Positions 20,804 through 31,238 of a DNA stretch of 64,000 nucleotides are shown here, piece after piece. Source of the stretch: an uncultured Aureimonas sp. GTDB lineage: Bacteria > Pseudomonadota > Alphaproteobacteria > Rhizobiales > Rhizobiaceae. The position numbers were made by a program, and so were the translations under genes. Position 1 is the first letter of the stretch; each line of letters begins with the position of its first letter. Under the pieces are notes generated by a model. The model was not told the origin of the DNA. It made no database searches and was given only the letters and a program-made list of their open reading frames with translations. The stretch is taken from positions 1,503 to 65,502 of the forward strand of contig NZ_CAJYIU010000041.1 of assembly GCF_913775355.1 (NCBI RefSeq). The letters are read 5' to 3'.

Positions 20804-22363
20804 ATGATCGGTCCCAGCGCGGGAGCCGATCGCGGCGCGCGCGTCGCGATCGCGGCCGAGGGCATTTCGAAGTCCTTCGGGCCGGTGGAGGTGCTGGGCG
20901 ACATCCGCTTCGACCTTCGGGCGGGCGAGGTGCACGCCATCATCGGCGAGAACGGCGCCGGCAAGTCGACGCTGATGAAGATCCTCGCCGGGCATCTCCA
21001 GCCGACCGGCGGACACCTGTTGCTCAAGGGCGAGCCGGTGCGCCTGTCGGGACCGGTCGAGGCCGAGCGGCGTGGCGTCGTTCTGGTCCATCAGGAGATC
21101 CTGCTCGCACCCGACCTGACGGTCGCCCAGAATATCCACCTCGGGCGCGAGGTGCGCCGCGGGCTGACGCTCGACGATCGCGTGATGAACGCCTCGGCAC
21201 GGGCTGCGCTGGAGGGCCTCGGCGCTTCGATCGACCCGCGTGTGCGTGTCGGCTCGCTGTCGATCGCGCAGCGCCAGCTCGTGCAGATCGCCCGCGCCCT
21301 TCTCGTGCCGCACGAGGTGGTGATCTTCGACGAGCCCACTGCCTCGCTCACCCCGCACGAGACCGAGGCGCTTCTCAGGGTGATCGCGGACATTCGCGCT
21401 CGCGGCGTCGGCGTCCTCTACATTTCGCATCGCCTGCCGGAGGTGAAGCGTCTCGCCGACCGCGTCACGGTCTTGCGCGACGGGCGGCGGGTCGGCAGCT
21501 ACGATGCCGCCGACCTCGAGCCCGCCGACATGGCGCGCCTGATGGTCGGGCGCGACGTTTCCAAGCTCTATCCCGATCGCGTGGCGCAGGGGCGCGGCAC
21601 GCCGGTGCTGGCGGCCGAGAACATGCGCGTGCCGGGCTATGTCCGATCGGGCGCGTTCGAGGTGGCTAAGGGAGAGATCCTCGGCTTTGCCGGGCTGGTC
21701 GGCGCCGGGCGCACCGAGCTTCTCGAGGGCGTTCTCGGCCTTCGGCCGGCCGAGGGCACGGTGCGCCTCGACGGCGAGCCGGTTCGCTTTCGCGACGCGC
21801 GCGAGAGCATGGACGCGGGGATCGTCTACCTCAGCGAGGACCGCAAGGGCAAAGGGCTGCTGCTCGCCCAGACGCTGCGCACCAACCTGACCCTCGCCGC
21901 GCTCGACCGCTTCGCCAGCGGCCCGCTGCTTCAGCCGGCGCGCGAGGACAAGGCGCTCGACACGGCCATCCGCGACTTCGACATCCGCACCCGCCGGCGC
22001 GATCTTCTCGCGGGGCAGCTGTCCGGCGGCAACCAGCAGAAGCTGCTGCTCGCCAAGATGATGCTGCTCGACCCGCGCGTCGTCGTGGTCGACGAGCCGA
22101 CCCGCGGCATCGACATCGGCACCAAGGAGCAGATCTACCGGTTCCTCGCCCAGCTCGCGGCCGAGGGCCGTGCGGTGATCGTGATCTCGTCGGAAATGCC
22201 GGAACTCATCGGCCTGTGCGACCGCATCGTCGTGATGCGCGAGGGGACGATCGCGGGCGAGGTCGCGGGCGAGGCGATGACCGAGCGCAACATCGTGATG
22301 CTGGCGACGGGCGCCGGCGAGAAACAGGCCGCGCTGGCGGTCGAGGGAGCCGAACCCGCATGA
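20804..22363 (+). CDS. sugar ABC transporter ATP-binding protein (CUT2/RbsA-like)
   Basis: GENGAGKST, second ABC domain LSGGNQQK, VDEPTRGID. Confidence 0.93.
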   Translation: MIGPSAGADRGARVAIAAEGISKSFGPVEVLGDIRFDLRAGEVHAIIGENGAGKSTLMKILAGHLQPTGGHLLLKGEPVRLSGPVEAERRGVVLVHQEILLAPDLTVAQNIHLGREVRRGLTLDDRVMNASARAALEGLGASIDPRVRVGSLSIAQRQLVQIARALLVPHEVVIFDEPTASLTPHETEALLRVIADIRARGVGVLYISHRLPEVKRLADRVTVLRDGRRVGSYDAADLEPADMARLMVGRDVSKLYPDRVAQGRGTPVLAAENMRVPGYVRSGAFEVAKGEILGFAGLVGAGRTELLEGVLGLRPAEGTVRLDGEPVRFRDARESMDAGIVYLSEDRKGKGLLLAQTLRTNLTLAALDRFASGPLLQPAREDKALDTAIRDFDIRTRRRDLLAGQLSGGNQQKLLLAKMMLLDPRVVVVDEPTRGIDIGTKEQIYRFLAQLAAEGRAVIVISSEMPELIGLCDRIVVMREGTIAGEVAGEAMTERNIVMLATGAGEKQAALAVEGAEPA

Positions 22364-23358
22364 CCGACGCCACCTCGCCAGCCCAGGCGCCGAGCTCCCG
22401 CCGCGAGATCGACCTTCGGGCGGTCGCGCCCTTCGTCGCGCTCGCCGCGCTCCTCGTCTTCGGCGCGCTGATCAACCCGAACTTCCTCGGGATCGACAAC
22501 CTCTCCAACGTCGTGACCCGCTCGGCCTTCATCGCGATCATCGCAGTGGGGGCGACCTTCGTGATCTCGGCCGGCGGGCTCGACCTGTCGGTCGGCTCCA
22601 TGGCGGCCTTCGTCGCCGGGACGATGATTCTGTTCCTGAACGCGGCGCCGGTGGAGGGCGCCGTGCCGACGATCGCGCTCGGCATGGCGATGGCGCTCGG
22701 GGTCGGGGCGCTCTGCGGCCTCGCCAACGGCCTGATGACGACGCTCGGCCGCATCGAGCCGTTCATCGTCACGCTCGGCACGATGGGTATCTTCCGCGCC
22801 CTCACCATCTGGCTTGCCGAGGGCGGGTCGATCGCCCTGAGCTCGCAGGAGCTGCGTGCGGCCTACCGGCCGGTCTATTTCGGCAATGTCCTCGGCGTGC
22901 CCGTGCCGGTGATCGCGTTTCTCGTGGTCGCCGCGCTCGGCGCCTTCGTCCTCTACCGCACGCGCTTCGGCCGACACGTCATGGCCGTCGGCTCCAGCGA
23001 GGACGTCGCGCGCTATTCGGGCATCCGCGTTAACCGCGTGCGCACCATCACCTACGTCATCCAGGGACTGTGCGTGGCGGTCGCGGTCCTCGTCTACGTG
23101 CCGCGCCTCGGCGCCGCGACGGCGACGACGGGTCTTCTGTGGGAGCTGCAGGCGATCACCGCCGTCGTCATCGGCGGCACGGCGCTGCGCGGCGGCGTCG
23201 GGCGGGTCTGGGGCACGATCTGCGGGGCGCTGATCCTCGAACTCGTCGGGAACATCATGGTCCTTTCGGACCTCGTCAGCGAATACCTCATCGGCGCGGT
23301 CCAGGGGGCGATCATCATCCTGGCGATGCTGATCCAGCGCTCCCTGTCGCGCCGGTGA
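22360..23358 (+). CDS. sugar ABC transporter permease (RbsC-like)
   Basis: ATGA overlap; GGLDLSVG, AVVIGGT motifs. Confidence 0.92.
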   Translation: MTDATSPAQAPSSRREIDLRAVAPFVALAALLVFGALINPNFLGIDNLSNVVTRSAFIAIIAVGATFVISAGGLDLSVGSMAAFVAGTMILFLNAAPVEGAVPTIALGMAMALGVGALCGLANGLMTTLGRIEPFIVTLGTMGIFRALTIWLAEGGSIALSSQELRAAYRPVYFGNVLGVPVPVIAFLVVAALGAFVLYRTRFGRHVMAVGSSEDVARYSGIRVNRVRTITYVIQGLCVAVAVLVYVPRLGAATATTGLLWELQAITAVVIGGTALRGGVGRVWGTICGALILELVGNIMVLSDLVSEYLIGAVQGAIIILAMLIQRSLSRR

Positions 23359-23436
23359 CCGAAGCGGGCGGCGCCCTGTCCGGGGCGCGCCGTCCGCCGC
23401 AAACCAGATAAGCTCCGGCATTCGGGAGGAACCCAC

Positions 23437-24384
23437 ATGAAACGCATCGTCGCCGGGCTCGCGGCCCTCGCCGTCCTGTCCACCGCCGGTCTCGCGCTCG
23501 CGCAGGACAAGAAGCTCACCATGGCCGTGTCGATCCCGGCCGCCGACCACGGCTGGACGGGCGGCGTCGTCTACCACGCCGAGCGCGAGGCCAAACTCCT
23601 CGAGGAGCGCTATCCCGGCCTCGACATCGTGGTGAAAACCTCGCCCGACGGCGCGTCCCAGGCGAACGCCCTGGAGGACCTGACCGCGCAGGGCATCAAC
23701 GCCCTCGTCACCCTGCCGCACAATTCCGACGAACTGACCGACCCGATCCGGCAGGTGAAGGAGAAGGGCGTCTTCGTCACGGTGGTCGACCGGGCTCTCT
23801 CCGATCCCTCGATCCAGGACCTCTATGTCGCCGGCGACAACCACGGCCTCGGCCGCGTTGCGGGCGAATACATGAAGGAGCGCATGGCGGACGGCGGCGA
23901 CATCGTCGTCATCCGCGGCCTGCCGATCGTCATCGACGAGGAGCGCCAGAAGGGCTTCGACGAAGGGATCGCGGGCTCCAAGGTCAAGATCCTCGACCGC
24001 CAGTTCGGCAACTGGTCGCGCGACGACGCCTTCAAGGTGATGCAGGACTACCTCGCCAAGTATCCCAAGATCGACGCGGTCTGGGCGCAGGACGACGACA
24101 TGGTCGTCGGCATCCTTGAGGCGATCGCCCAGAGCAACCGGTCCGACATCCAGTTCGTGGTCGGCGGCGCCGGCATGAAGGACATGATCAAGAAGGTGCA
24201 GGACGGCGACAAGATGGTTCCGGTCGACGTTCTCTATCCGCCCGCGATGATCGCGACCGCGATGGACCTGACGGCCGCCGGCCTCTTCGACCAGAACCCG
24301 GTGCGCGGCAACTACGTCCTCGACGCGACGCTCGTCACCAAGGACAACGCGAAGGAGTTCTACTACCCCGACTCGCCGTTCTGA
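23437..24384 (+). CDS. sugar ABC transporter substrate-binding protein (RbsB-like)
   Basis: Signal peptide; Peripla_BP_4-like motifs VVDR, WAQDDDM. Confidence 0.9.
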   Translation: MKRIVAGLAALAVLSTAGLALAQDKKLTMAVSIPAADHGWTGGVVYHAEREAKLLEERYPGLDIVVKTSPDGASQANALEDLTAQGINALVTLPHNSDELTDPIRQVKEKGVFVTVVDRALSDPSIQDLYVAGDNHGLGRVAGEYMKERMADGGDIVVIRGLPIVIDEERQKGFDEGIAGSKVKILDRQFGNWSRDDAFKVMQDYLAKYPKIDAVWAQDDDMVVGILEAIAQSNRSDIQFVVGGAGMKDMIKKVQDGDKMVPVDVLYPPAMIATAMDLTAAGLFDQNPVRGNYVLDATLVTKDNAKEFYYPDSPF

Positions 24385-24513
24385 TCGACCGGACGGGGGC
24401 GGTTCCGCCGGAGCAGCCCCTCGGTCTCCCGCGCCGCGCTGGAAATCCGGCGCGGCGCGGTCTACCTGTCGGAGCGTGCCCCTGTTCCGCTTCCCGCCAA
24501 CGAAGTCCCCGCC

Positions 24514-24972
24514 ATGCTGACGATGAAGGGCAAGTACGGCCTGAAGGCCATGCTGCATCTTGCCGAACTGCCCGAAGGCCAGCGCGCGCTCTCCGAGGAG
24601 ATCGCAAGGGCGCACAATATCTCCAAGAAGTTCCTCGACACCATCCTCGGCGAACTGCGCGTCGCCGGGATGATCCATGCCCGCAAGGGGCGGGGCGGCG
24701 GCTACATTCTCGCCCGCCCGCCGTCCGAGATCCGGGTCGGCCATGTCCTGCGCGTGCTCGACGGGCCGCTCGCGCCCATCCCCTGCGCCAGCCGGACCGC
24801 CTATCGCCGCTGCGACGACTGCCGGGACGAGCGCTCCTGCGCCGTGCGGCGGATCATGCTGGAGGTGCGCAACGCCATCTCCGCCGTGCTCGACGAGCGC
24901 ACGCTGGCGGAGGCGGCGGGCGCACCCGAAAGCCTCGAGGCCGAGTTCCGCGAACTGGCGCTCGGCGCATAA
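24514..24972 (+). CDS. Rrf2 family transcriptional regulator (CymR-like)
   Basis: KGKYGLKAM, ISKKFLDTIL, RKGRGGGYILA; C-terminal C-x8-C-x2-C-x5-C. Confidence 0.9.
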   Translation: MLTMKGKYGLKAMLHLAELPEGQRALSEEIARAHNISKKFLDTILGELRVAGMIHARKGRGGGYILARPPSEIRVGHVLRVLDGPLAPIPCASRTAYRRCDDCRDERSCAVRRIMLEVRNAISAVLDERTLAEAAGAPESLEAEFRELALGA

Positions 24973-25097
24973 GGTGGCGGGCGGCGGATCGGCTTTCCGC
25001 CTCAGTCGATAAAAAGAGTATGTTGTGCGTGTCGGCCGGCGACGTCGGGCCTTACCTTCCCTGTCGACTTCGATGCGGCAGGAAAGGCTCGCGACCC

Positions 25098-25733
25098 ATG
25101 ACCGAGACGCTGATCGTCCCCGGCCTCAACGGCTCGCCCGCCGGCCACTGGCAGCACCATTGGCTGGAAATCGACCCGCAGGCGACGCTGGTGGAGCAGG
25201 AGGACTGGGCAAGGCCGGTTCTCACCGACTGGCTGCACCAGCTGGAGGCGGCGCTGATGGCGAGCCGTCCCGGCGTGATCCTCGTCGCCCATAGTCTGGG
25301 CTGCGCGCTGGTCGCTGCGCTCGCCGGCCGCCCGGCCGCCTCCCATGTCGGGGGTGCGCTGCTGGTTGCTCCGGCCGATGTCGCCAGCCTCTCGCAAACC
25401 GTGCCGAGTGCCGCCTCTTTCGCAGAGGGCGCGCAATCCCGCCTGCCGTTCGCCTCGATCCTCGTCGCCAGCCGCAACGATCCCTACATGAGCTTTGCGG
25501 GCGCCGAGCGTTGCGCCGCGACCTGGGGCTCCGCGCTCTACGATCTCGGCGAGGCGGGGCACGTCAACATCGCGAGCGGCTTCGGCCCCTGGCCCGACGC
25601 GCTGACGCTGGCCGAAGGCCTGCGCGGTCGCCCGGCACGCGCCGGGCGGGTGCGGGCCGGCGCGCCGTCACCGGTCCCGCGGGACCGAAGCTACGCGCCG
25701 CGGTTGCACGATTCCGGTCTTGGCCTCGGCTGA
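25098..25733 (+). CDS. RBBP9/YdeN family alpha/beta hydrolase
   Basis: VPGLNGSPAGHWQ, AHSLG nucleophile, ASRNDPY, GHVN. Confidence 0.88.
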   Translation: MTETLIVPGLNGSPAGHWQHHWLEIDPQATLVEQEDWARPVLTDWLHQLEAALMASRPGVILVAHSLGCALVAALAGRPAASHVGGALLVAPADVASLSQTVPSAASFAEGAQSRLPFASILVASRNDPYMSFAGAERCAATWGSALYDLGEAGHVNIASGFGPWPDALTLAEGLRGRPARAGRVRAGAPSPVPRDRSYAPRLHDSGLGLG

Positions 25734-25885
25734 ACGCGCGTTCAGGGGGTTCCCATCCGTTGCCGGCGCACCATTTAGAATTTCAAGCGCTCGCCCGGCT
25801 ATGTTGAAGCCGGGATGGAACCACCCTCATGAGATCGGCGGAGCCAGCTTTCTTCAGGCTCCCGATCGGACGGACAGGCATCGGA

Positions 25886-26257
25886 ATGCACGGTGATTTG
25901 CAGACTGGGTCGCGGAAGGTCGTGCTCGTCGTCGACGACGAGCCGCTGGTGCGATTGAACGCGGTCGACATGTTCGAGGAGATGGGGTTCGAGGTGCTGG
26001 AAGCCTCCGACGGGGCCTCGGCCCTTCGGGTTCTGGAGCGTCGTCCCGAGGTCGCGCTCCTGTTCAGCGACTGTCGCATGCCCGGCATGTCGGGTCCCGA
26101 GCTCGCGCAGGCGGTGGCAGAGCGCTATCCGCATGTGCGCATCGTGCTCGTGTCGGGCTACGTCAACGTCCAGAAGCTCGACTGGCCGCTCCTGCCCAAG
26201 CCCTACGACGCCAACTCGCTGCGCAAGGTCGCCGGCGACATCGCGCCGACGAACTGA
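25886..26257 (+). CDS. single-domain response regulator (REC)
   Basis: VLVVDDE, LLFSDCRMPG phospho-acceptor, VSG, LPKPY. Confidence 0.88.
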   Translation: MHGDLQTGSRKVVLVVDDEPLVRLNAVDMFEEMGFEVLEASDGASALRVLERRPEVALLFSDCRMPGMSGPELAQAVAERYPHVRIVLVSGYVNVQKLDWPLLPKPYDANSLRKVAGDIAPTN

Positions 26258-26303
26258 CGGTCGGCGCCCGAGCGGCGCCAGATCCTGCCCACGCTCCCGC
26301 ACT

Positions 26304-26339
26304 GGCCCGGAGCGGCTTCGGTCGCCGCCGGGCTTTTTC
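26304..26339 (+). terminator. intrinsic terminator
   Basis: gcccggagcggc-ttcg-gtcgccgccgggc followed by TTTTT. Confidence 0.7.
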
Positions 26340-26394
26340 ATGTCCGGCGTGTCTTCCGGCGGCGCCGTGGCCGCGGCGACGCGCGTGATGCGGC

Positions 26395-29349
26395 TTAGGT
26401 TTCGTCGAGGGCGTCGCGCAGCTTCATCGCCAGATCCTCCAGCGAGAAGGGCTTCGTCAGAAGCCGCACCCCGGCATCGAGCACGCCATGGTGGACGATG
26501 GCGTTGCGGGTGTAGCCGGTGGTGAAGACGACCTTCAGGTCGGGGCGCTCCCGCCGCGCCTCTTCGGCCAGCATGCGCCCATCGATGTCTGGCATCACGA
26601 CGTCGGTGAACAGGAGGTCGATGTCGGTCCGCTGCGCCAGAAGCCGTAGAGCCTCCGCCGCGCCGTCGGCCTCGAGCGTGCGGTATCCCAGTTCCTGCAC
26701 CGCCTCGATCGTGACGCGACGCACGCTTTCGTCGTCCTCCACCACCAGGATCAGCTCGGCGGACGGGTCGGTGAGCTCCGGCAGCGCTGCCGCGACCTGA
26801 TCGGTCACGTCGTGCTCGCCGACGAGCCGCGGCAGGTAGATCTTCACGCTCGTGCCCCGGCCGGGCTCGGAATAGATCTTCACGTGCCCGTCGGACTGCT
26901 TCACGAAGCCGTAGACCTGGCTGAGGCCGAGACCCGTGCCCTTGCCAATCTCCTTGGTGGTGAAGAACGGGTCGAAGGCCTTGGCCATGACATCGGGGCT
27001 CATCCCGGTGCCGGTGTCGGTCACCGCCACCAGGACGTACTGGCCCGGCACGATGCCGATGTCGGCCGCGGCATAGCGGTCGTCGAGATGGGCGTTCTGC
27101 GTCTCGATCGTCAGGCGCCCGCCCTCCGGCATCGCGTCGCGGGCGTTGACGGCGAGGTTGACGATGACGTTCTCGAGCTGGTTGGCGTCGACCGAGCAGG
27201 ACCAGAGACCGCCGCCGAGAACGGTCTCAAGCCGGATGTTGCCGCTCAGCGTCCGGCGCATGAGTTCGGACATGCCCGAGACGAGCTTGTTGAGGTCGAC
27301 CGCCTGCGGGTTGAGCGGCTGCTGGCGCGAGAAGGCGAGAAGCCGATGCGTCAGCGTCGCCGCACGCCGCGCGCCCTCCATCGCGTTCTCGGCGTAGCGG
27401 CGCAGCCGCGCCTCGCCCTCGGGCAGGCGGCGGCCGAGGAGGTCGAGCGAGCCGATGATCACCGACAGCATGTTGTTGAAGTCGTGCGCGATGCCGCCCG
27501 TCAGTTGGCCGACGGCCTCCATCTTCTGCGCCTGCCGCAGCACCTCCGAAGTGCGCTCGAGCTCGGCGGTGCGCTCGCGCACACGCTCTTCCAGCGAGGC
27601 GTTGAGTTCGATCAGGGCGGCTTCCGCGCGTGCGCGCTCCAGCGCCTCGCGAGTGCGAGCGGCGACCTCGTCGCAGAGCTGGATTTCGGCCGGCGTCCAG
27701 CGCCGGGGGAGGGGCTCGTGAAGGTAGAGGAGCGAGCGCAACGCGCCGTCGCGCAGCATCGGTACGACGACGAGCGCCCTGCAACCGATCCCGTCCCATG
27801 TCCCGTAAAAGCTTTCGTCGATGCGCGCATCGGCGCGCACGTCCTCGACCACCAGCGTCCGGCCCGCGTGCAGTTCGGCGATGGCGGAGGGGCCGAACTT
27901 GTTGAGGATGCGGTTCTCGCCGGCAAGGCTCATGATCTCCGGCGAACGGGTCCAGTCGCGCGCGACACGCACGATCTCGCCGCTGGCATCCATGTCGCCG
28001 TAGCCGCAGCGCGCGACGCCCAGCCGTTGGCCGAGAAGCCGGGTTGTCGTCGTCTCGACGCCGGCAGGATCGGGGTGGCCGAGCAGCGTGTCGCTGAGGT
28101 CGAGGAGGAAGGCGCGGCGCTCCTCCTCCAGCTTGAAGTCGTGGATGTCGGTGCAGGTGCCGAACCAGCGGATGATGCGGCCCGCCGGGTCGCGCATCGC
28201 CTGCGCGCGGCCGAGCACCCAGCGGTACTCGCCCGAGCGGTGCCGAAGCCGGTACTCGATATGGTAGGGCTCGCCGGTCGCGAGGCACCGGCGCCACACG
28301 CCCCAGGCCCGGTCCTGGTCGTCCGGGTGGAACATTCCGTTCCAGCCCTCGCCGTCGGTCGAGCCGTGCGGCATGCCGGTGAACTCGTACCAGCGATCGT
28401 TGTAGTAGTCGTGGAAGCCGTCGGGCAGCGTCGTCCAGACCATCTGGTCGATCGTGTTGGCGATCGCCTGGAACCCGGCTTCGCTGGCGCGCAGGCGATC
28501 CTCGCCGGCCCGGCGCTCGTCGATGTCGATCACCGATCCGACGAAGCCGAGAAACGCGCCGGTCTCGTCGAACCGCGGCGAGGCGGCGTCGATCGCCCAG
28601 CGATAGCGACCGTCGCGGTGACGGAGGCGATACTCGAGCCGGAACGCCTCGTGCGCGGCGTTGGCGCGGCGGAAGACGCGCCCCGCCTCCTCGGCGTCGT
28701 CGGGATGCGTGGCATCGAGCCAGCCGAAGCCTTCCGCGGCCTCCGGCGTCTGCCCGGTGGTCTCGTACCAGGATCGGTTGAGATAGGTGCAGCGCCCGTC
28801 CGGGTCGGTCACCCAGAGCATCACCGGGGCGTTGTCGGCCATGTTGCGAAATCGGCTCTCGCTCTCCAGAAGCCGACGCTCGCCGATGACGCGGCCCGTA
28901 GTCTCCGACACGATGCACAGGACGCCCGCGACCGCGCCGCTTTCGTCGTGCACCGGCGAGTAGCTGATGTCGAAGAACACCTCTTCGTGAAAGCCGTGGC
29001 GCTCGATCCGGAACGGGCGGTCCTTGGCCGATATCGTCTCGCCGGTCCGCACCACACCGGCGAGAAGCGGCCCGAGATCGTCCCAGAGTTCGGACCAGTT
29101 CTCGCGGGCGGGTCGGCCAAGCGCGCGCGGGTGCTTCGTCCCGATTGTCGGCGCATAGGCGTCGTTGTAGAAGGCGAGATGGTCCGGTCCCCAGAAGAGG
29201 ACGATCTGGGCGTGCGACGAAAGGATGAGGTCGACGGCGGTGCGCAGCGTCGGCGTCCAGGCGGCCGGGGGCCCGAGCGGGCCGTCGCTCCAGTTGCGCG
29301 AGCCGATCAGCGCGCCGATCGCGCCGCGTTCCTCGAGAGGGAGCACCAT
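26395..29349 (-). CDS. soluble hybrid histidine kinase PAS-PAS-PAS-GAF-HisKA-HATPase-REC
   Basis: H-box [36 protein letters not shown]; start at 29349 or 29367 preferred over ORF-track 29424 because of promoter position. Confidence 0.9.
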   Translation of the reverse strand: MVLPLEERGAIGALIGSRNWSDGPLGPPAAWTPTLRTAVDLILSSHAQIVLFWGPDHLAFYNDAYAPTIGTKHPRALGRPARENWSELWDDLGPLLAGVVRTGETISAKDRPFRIERHGFHEEVFFDISYSPVHDESGAVAGVLCIVSETTGRVIGERRLLESESRFRNMADNAPVMLWVTDPDGRCTYLNRSWYETTGQTPEAAEGFGWLDATHPDDAEEAGRVFRRANAAHEAFRLEYRLRHRDGRYRWAIDAASPRFDETGAFLGFVGSVIDIDERRAGEDRLRASEAGFQAIANTIDQMVWTTLPDGFHDYYNDRWYEFTGMPHGSTDGEGWNGMFHPDDQDRAWGVWRRCLATGEPYHIEYRLRHRSGEYRWVLGRAQAMRDPAGRIIRWFGTCTDIHDFKLEEERRAFLLDLSDTLLGHPDPAGVETTTTRLLGQRLGVARCGYGDMDASGEIVRVARDWTRSPEIMSLAGENRILNKFGPSAIAELHAGRTLVVEDVRADARIDESFYGTWDGIGCRALVVVPMLRDGALRSLLYLHEPLPRRWTPAEIQLCDEVAARTREALERARAEAALIELNASLEERVRERTAELERTSEVLRQAQKMEAVGQLTGGIAHDFNNMLSVIIGSLDLLGRRLPEGEARLRRYAENAMEGARRAATLTHRLLAFSRQQPLNPQAVDLNKLVSGMSELMRRTLSGNIRLETVLGGGLWSCSVDANQLENVIVNLAVNARDAMPEGGRLTIETQNAHLDDRYAAADIGIVPGQYVLVAVTDTGTGMSPDVMAKAFDPFFTTKEIGKGTGLGLSQVYGFVKQSDGHVKIYSEPGRGTSVKIYLPRLVGEHDVTDQVAAALPELTDPSAELILVVEDDESVRRVTIEAVQELGYRTLEADGAAEALRLLAQRTDIDLLFTDVVMPDIDGRMLAEEARRERPDLKVVFTTGYTRNAIVHHGVLDAGVRLLTKPFSLEDLAMKLRDALDET

Positions 29350-29414
29350 GCGAGGTCGAGTCTCCATAGTCACTGCGGGGGAGGGAGCCTTGTCGGTTCC
29401 CACCCGTTGGTCCG

Positions 29415-29439
29415 AACGCACCATCGGCGGATTGGTTCG
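29415..29439 (-). promoter_or_regulatory. putative EcfG (general stress sigma) promoter
   Basis: CGAAC-N16-CGTT; shares CGAACCAATC with the csbD upstream region. Confidence 0.6.
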
Positions 29440-29463
29440 CCGGCTTATGGCGCGCCTGGTCCG

Positions 29464-30033
29464 TTAGTCCTTGGCGCGCTCGACGTAGGAGCCGTCCGCC
29501 GTCATCACCACGATGCGGGTGCCGGCCGCGATGTGCGGGGGAACCAGCGTGCGCACGCCGTTCGACAGGACGGCCGGCTTGTAGGACGAGGAGGCCGTCT
29601 GGCCCTTGGTGGTCGGCTCGGTCTCGGTGACCTCGTAGATCGCGCGCTGCGGTAGCTCGATCGAGATCGCAAGGCCGTTGTAGACGGCGACCTGAACCGC
29701 CATGCCTTCCTGCAGGTAGGGCGCGTAGTCGCCGACGACGCTCTCGGGCACCGCGACCTGGTCGAAGGTCTCCGGGTTCATGAAGTGGAAGCCCTCGTCG
29801 TCCGAGTACAGGAACGTGTGCTCGCGCTCCTCCACGAAGGCGCGCTCGACCTGCTCGGTGGTGCGGTAGCGGTCCGACACCTTCACGCCATCGGAAATGC
29901 GGCGCATGTCGAGCTGGGTGACGGGGGTGCCCTTGCCGGGGTGGATGTTCTCCGCGGACAGGATCACATAGAGCTTGCCGTCGTCGCGTTCGACGACGTT
30001 GCCTTTGCGGAGCGAACTGGCGATCACCTTCAC
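29464..30033 (-). CDS. efp: elongation factor P
   Basis: GTG start [13 protein letters not shown]; HPGKG loop with modifiable Lys; C-terminal GSYVERA. Confidence 0.96.
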   Translation of the reverse strand: MKVIASSLRKGNVVERDDGKLYVILSAENIHPGKGTPVTQLDMRRISDGVKVSDRYRTTEQVERAFVEEREHTFLYSDDEGFHFMNPETFDQVAVPESVVGDYAPYLQEGMAVQVAVYNGLAISIELPQRAIYEVTETEPTTKGQTASSSYKPAVLSNGVRTLVPPHIAAGTRIVVMTADGSYVERAKD

Positions 30034-30185
30034 GGGCTTTGTTCCTGATTTCGGTCTGATGTTGTAAGGGAGCTCGTCCGAGCCTCGATCCCCGGGCCCT
30101 AGCGCATCTGACGGTCCGCCGCCAGTCGGGCGGGTCCGTTTCGATCGGCCGCTCCAGCCAACGCGCCCCCTTGTCCAAGGCCGCC

Positions 30186-31238
30186 ATGACCGATGCCTCG
30201 CCCTGGTGGGCGCCCCATGTCCACGCCGATCGCCGCCCGCGGCTGATGCTGCGCAACGCCCTGTCCGGCGCGCTGCGCGCATGGTTCGGCGCACGCGATT
30301 TCGTCGAGGTCGAGGCCGGGGCGCTGCAGGTCTCGCCCGGCAACGAGGCGCATCTGGCGGCATTCGCCACGCTCGAGGCGCGTTCCGACGGCACGCGCCA
30401 GCCGCTCTACCTCCACACCTCGCCCGAGTTCGCCTGCAAGAAGCTCTTGGCGGCGGGCGAACAGCGATTGTTCTCGCTCGCGCCCGTCTACCGCAACGGC
30501 GAGCGCAGCGCGCTGCATCATCCTTCCTTCACGATGCTGGAATGGTACCGCGCCGGCGAGACCTACGACGCGCTGATGGCGGACTGCGCGGCGCTTCTGG
30601 CGCTCGCCGCCGACACGGCCGGCGTCCGGCGCTTCGCCTTCCGCGACCGGCGGGCCGACCCCTACTTCGAGCCTGCACGCATCAGCGTCGCCGAGGCGTT
30701 CCAGCTCTTTGCGGGCATCGACATCCTGGCGAGCGTCGAGCCGGGCGGCGCGACGGATCGCGACCAGCTGGCCGCGGCGGTCCGGGCGCTGGACCTGCGC
30801 ACCGCGCCCGACGACACCTGGGCCGATCTCTTCAGCCGCGTCCTGACGGAGCGGATCGAGCCGCGCCTCGGGCAGGGCCGTGCGACCATCCTCTACGACT
30901 ACCCGGTGCCGGAAGCGGCGCTGGCGCGCGTCAGCGCCGGCGATCCGCGCGTTGCCGAACGCTTCGAGCTCTACTGCTGCGGCGTGGAGCTTGCCAACGG
31001 CTTCGGCGAACTGACCGACGCCGCCGAGCAGCGCCGTCGCTTCATGGCGGAGATGGACGAGCGCGAACGCGTCTACGGCGAGCGCTATCCGCTGGACGAG
31101 GACTTCCTCGCGGCGCTAGGCGCGATGCCGGAGGCCAGCGGCATCGCGCTCGGCTTCGACCGGTTGGTGATGCTGGCGACCGGCGCCTCGCGCATCGAGG
31201 ACGTCGTCTGGACACCGGTCGCGGATATCCGCTCGTGA
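30186..31238 (+). CDS. epmA: EF-P lysine aminoacylase (GenX/PoxA)
   Basis: [46 protein letters not shown]; divergent from efp. Confidence 0.95.
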   Translation: MTDASPWWAPHVHADRRPRLMLRNALSGALRAWFGARDFVEVEAGALQVSPGNEAHLAAFATLEARSDGTRQPLYLHTSPEFACKKLLAAGEQRLFSLAPVYRNGERSALHHPSFTMLEWYRAGETYDALMADCAALLALAADTAGVRRFAFRDRRADPYFEPARISVAEAFQLFAGIDILASVEPGGATDRDQLAAAVRALDLRTAPDDTWADLFSRVLTERIEPRLGQGRATILYDYPVPEAALARVSAGDPRVAERFELYCCGVELANGFGELTDAAEQRRRFMAEMDERERVYGERYPLDEDFLAALGAMPEASGIALGFDRLVMLATGASRIEDVVWTPVADIRS

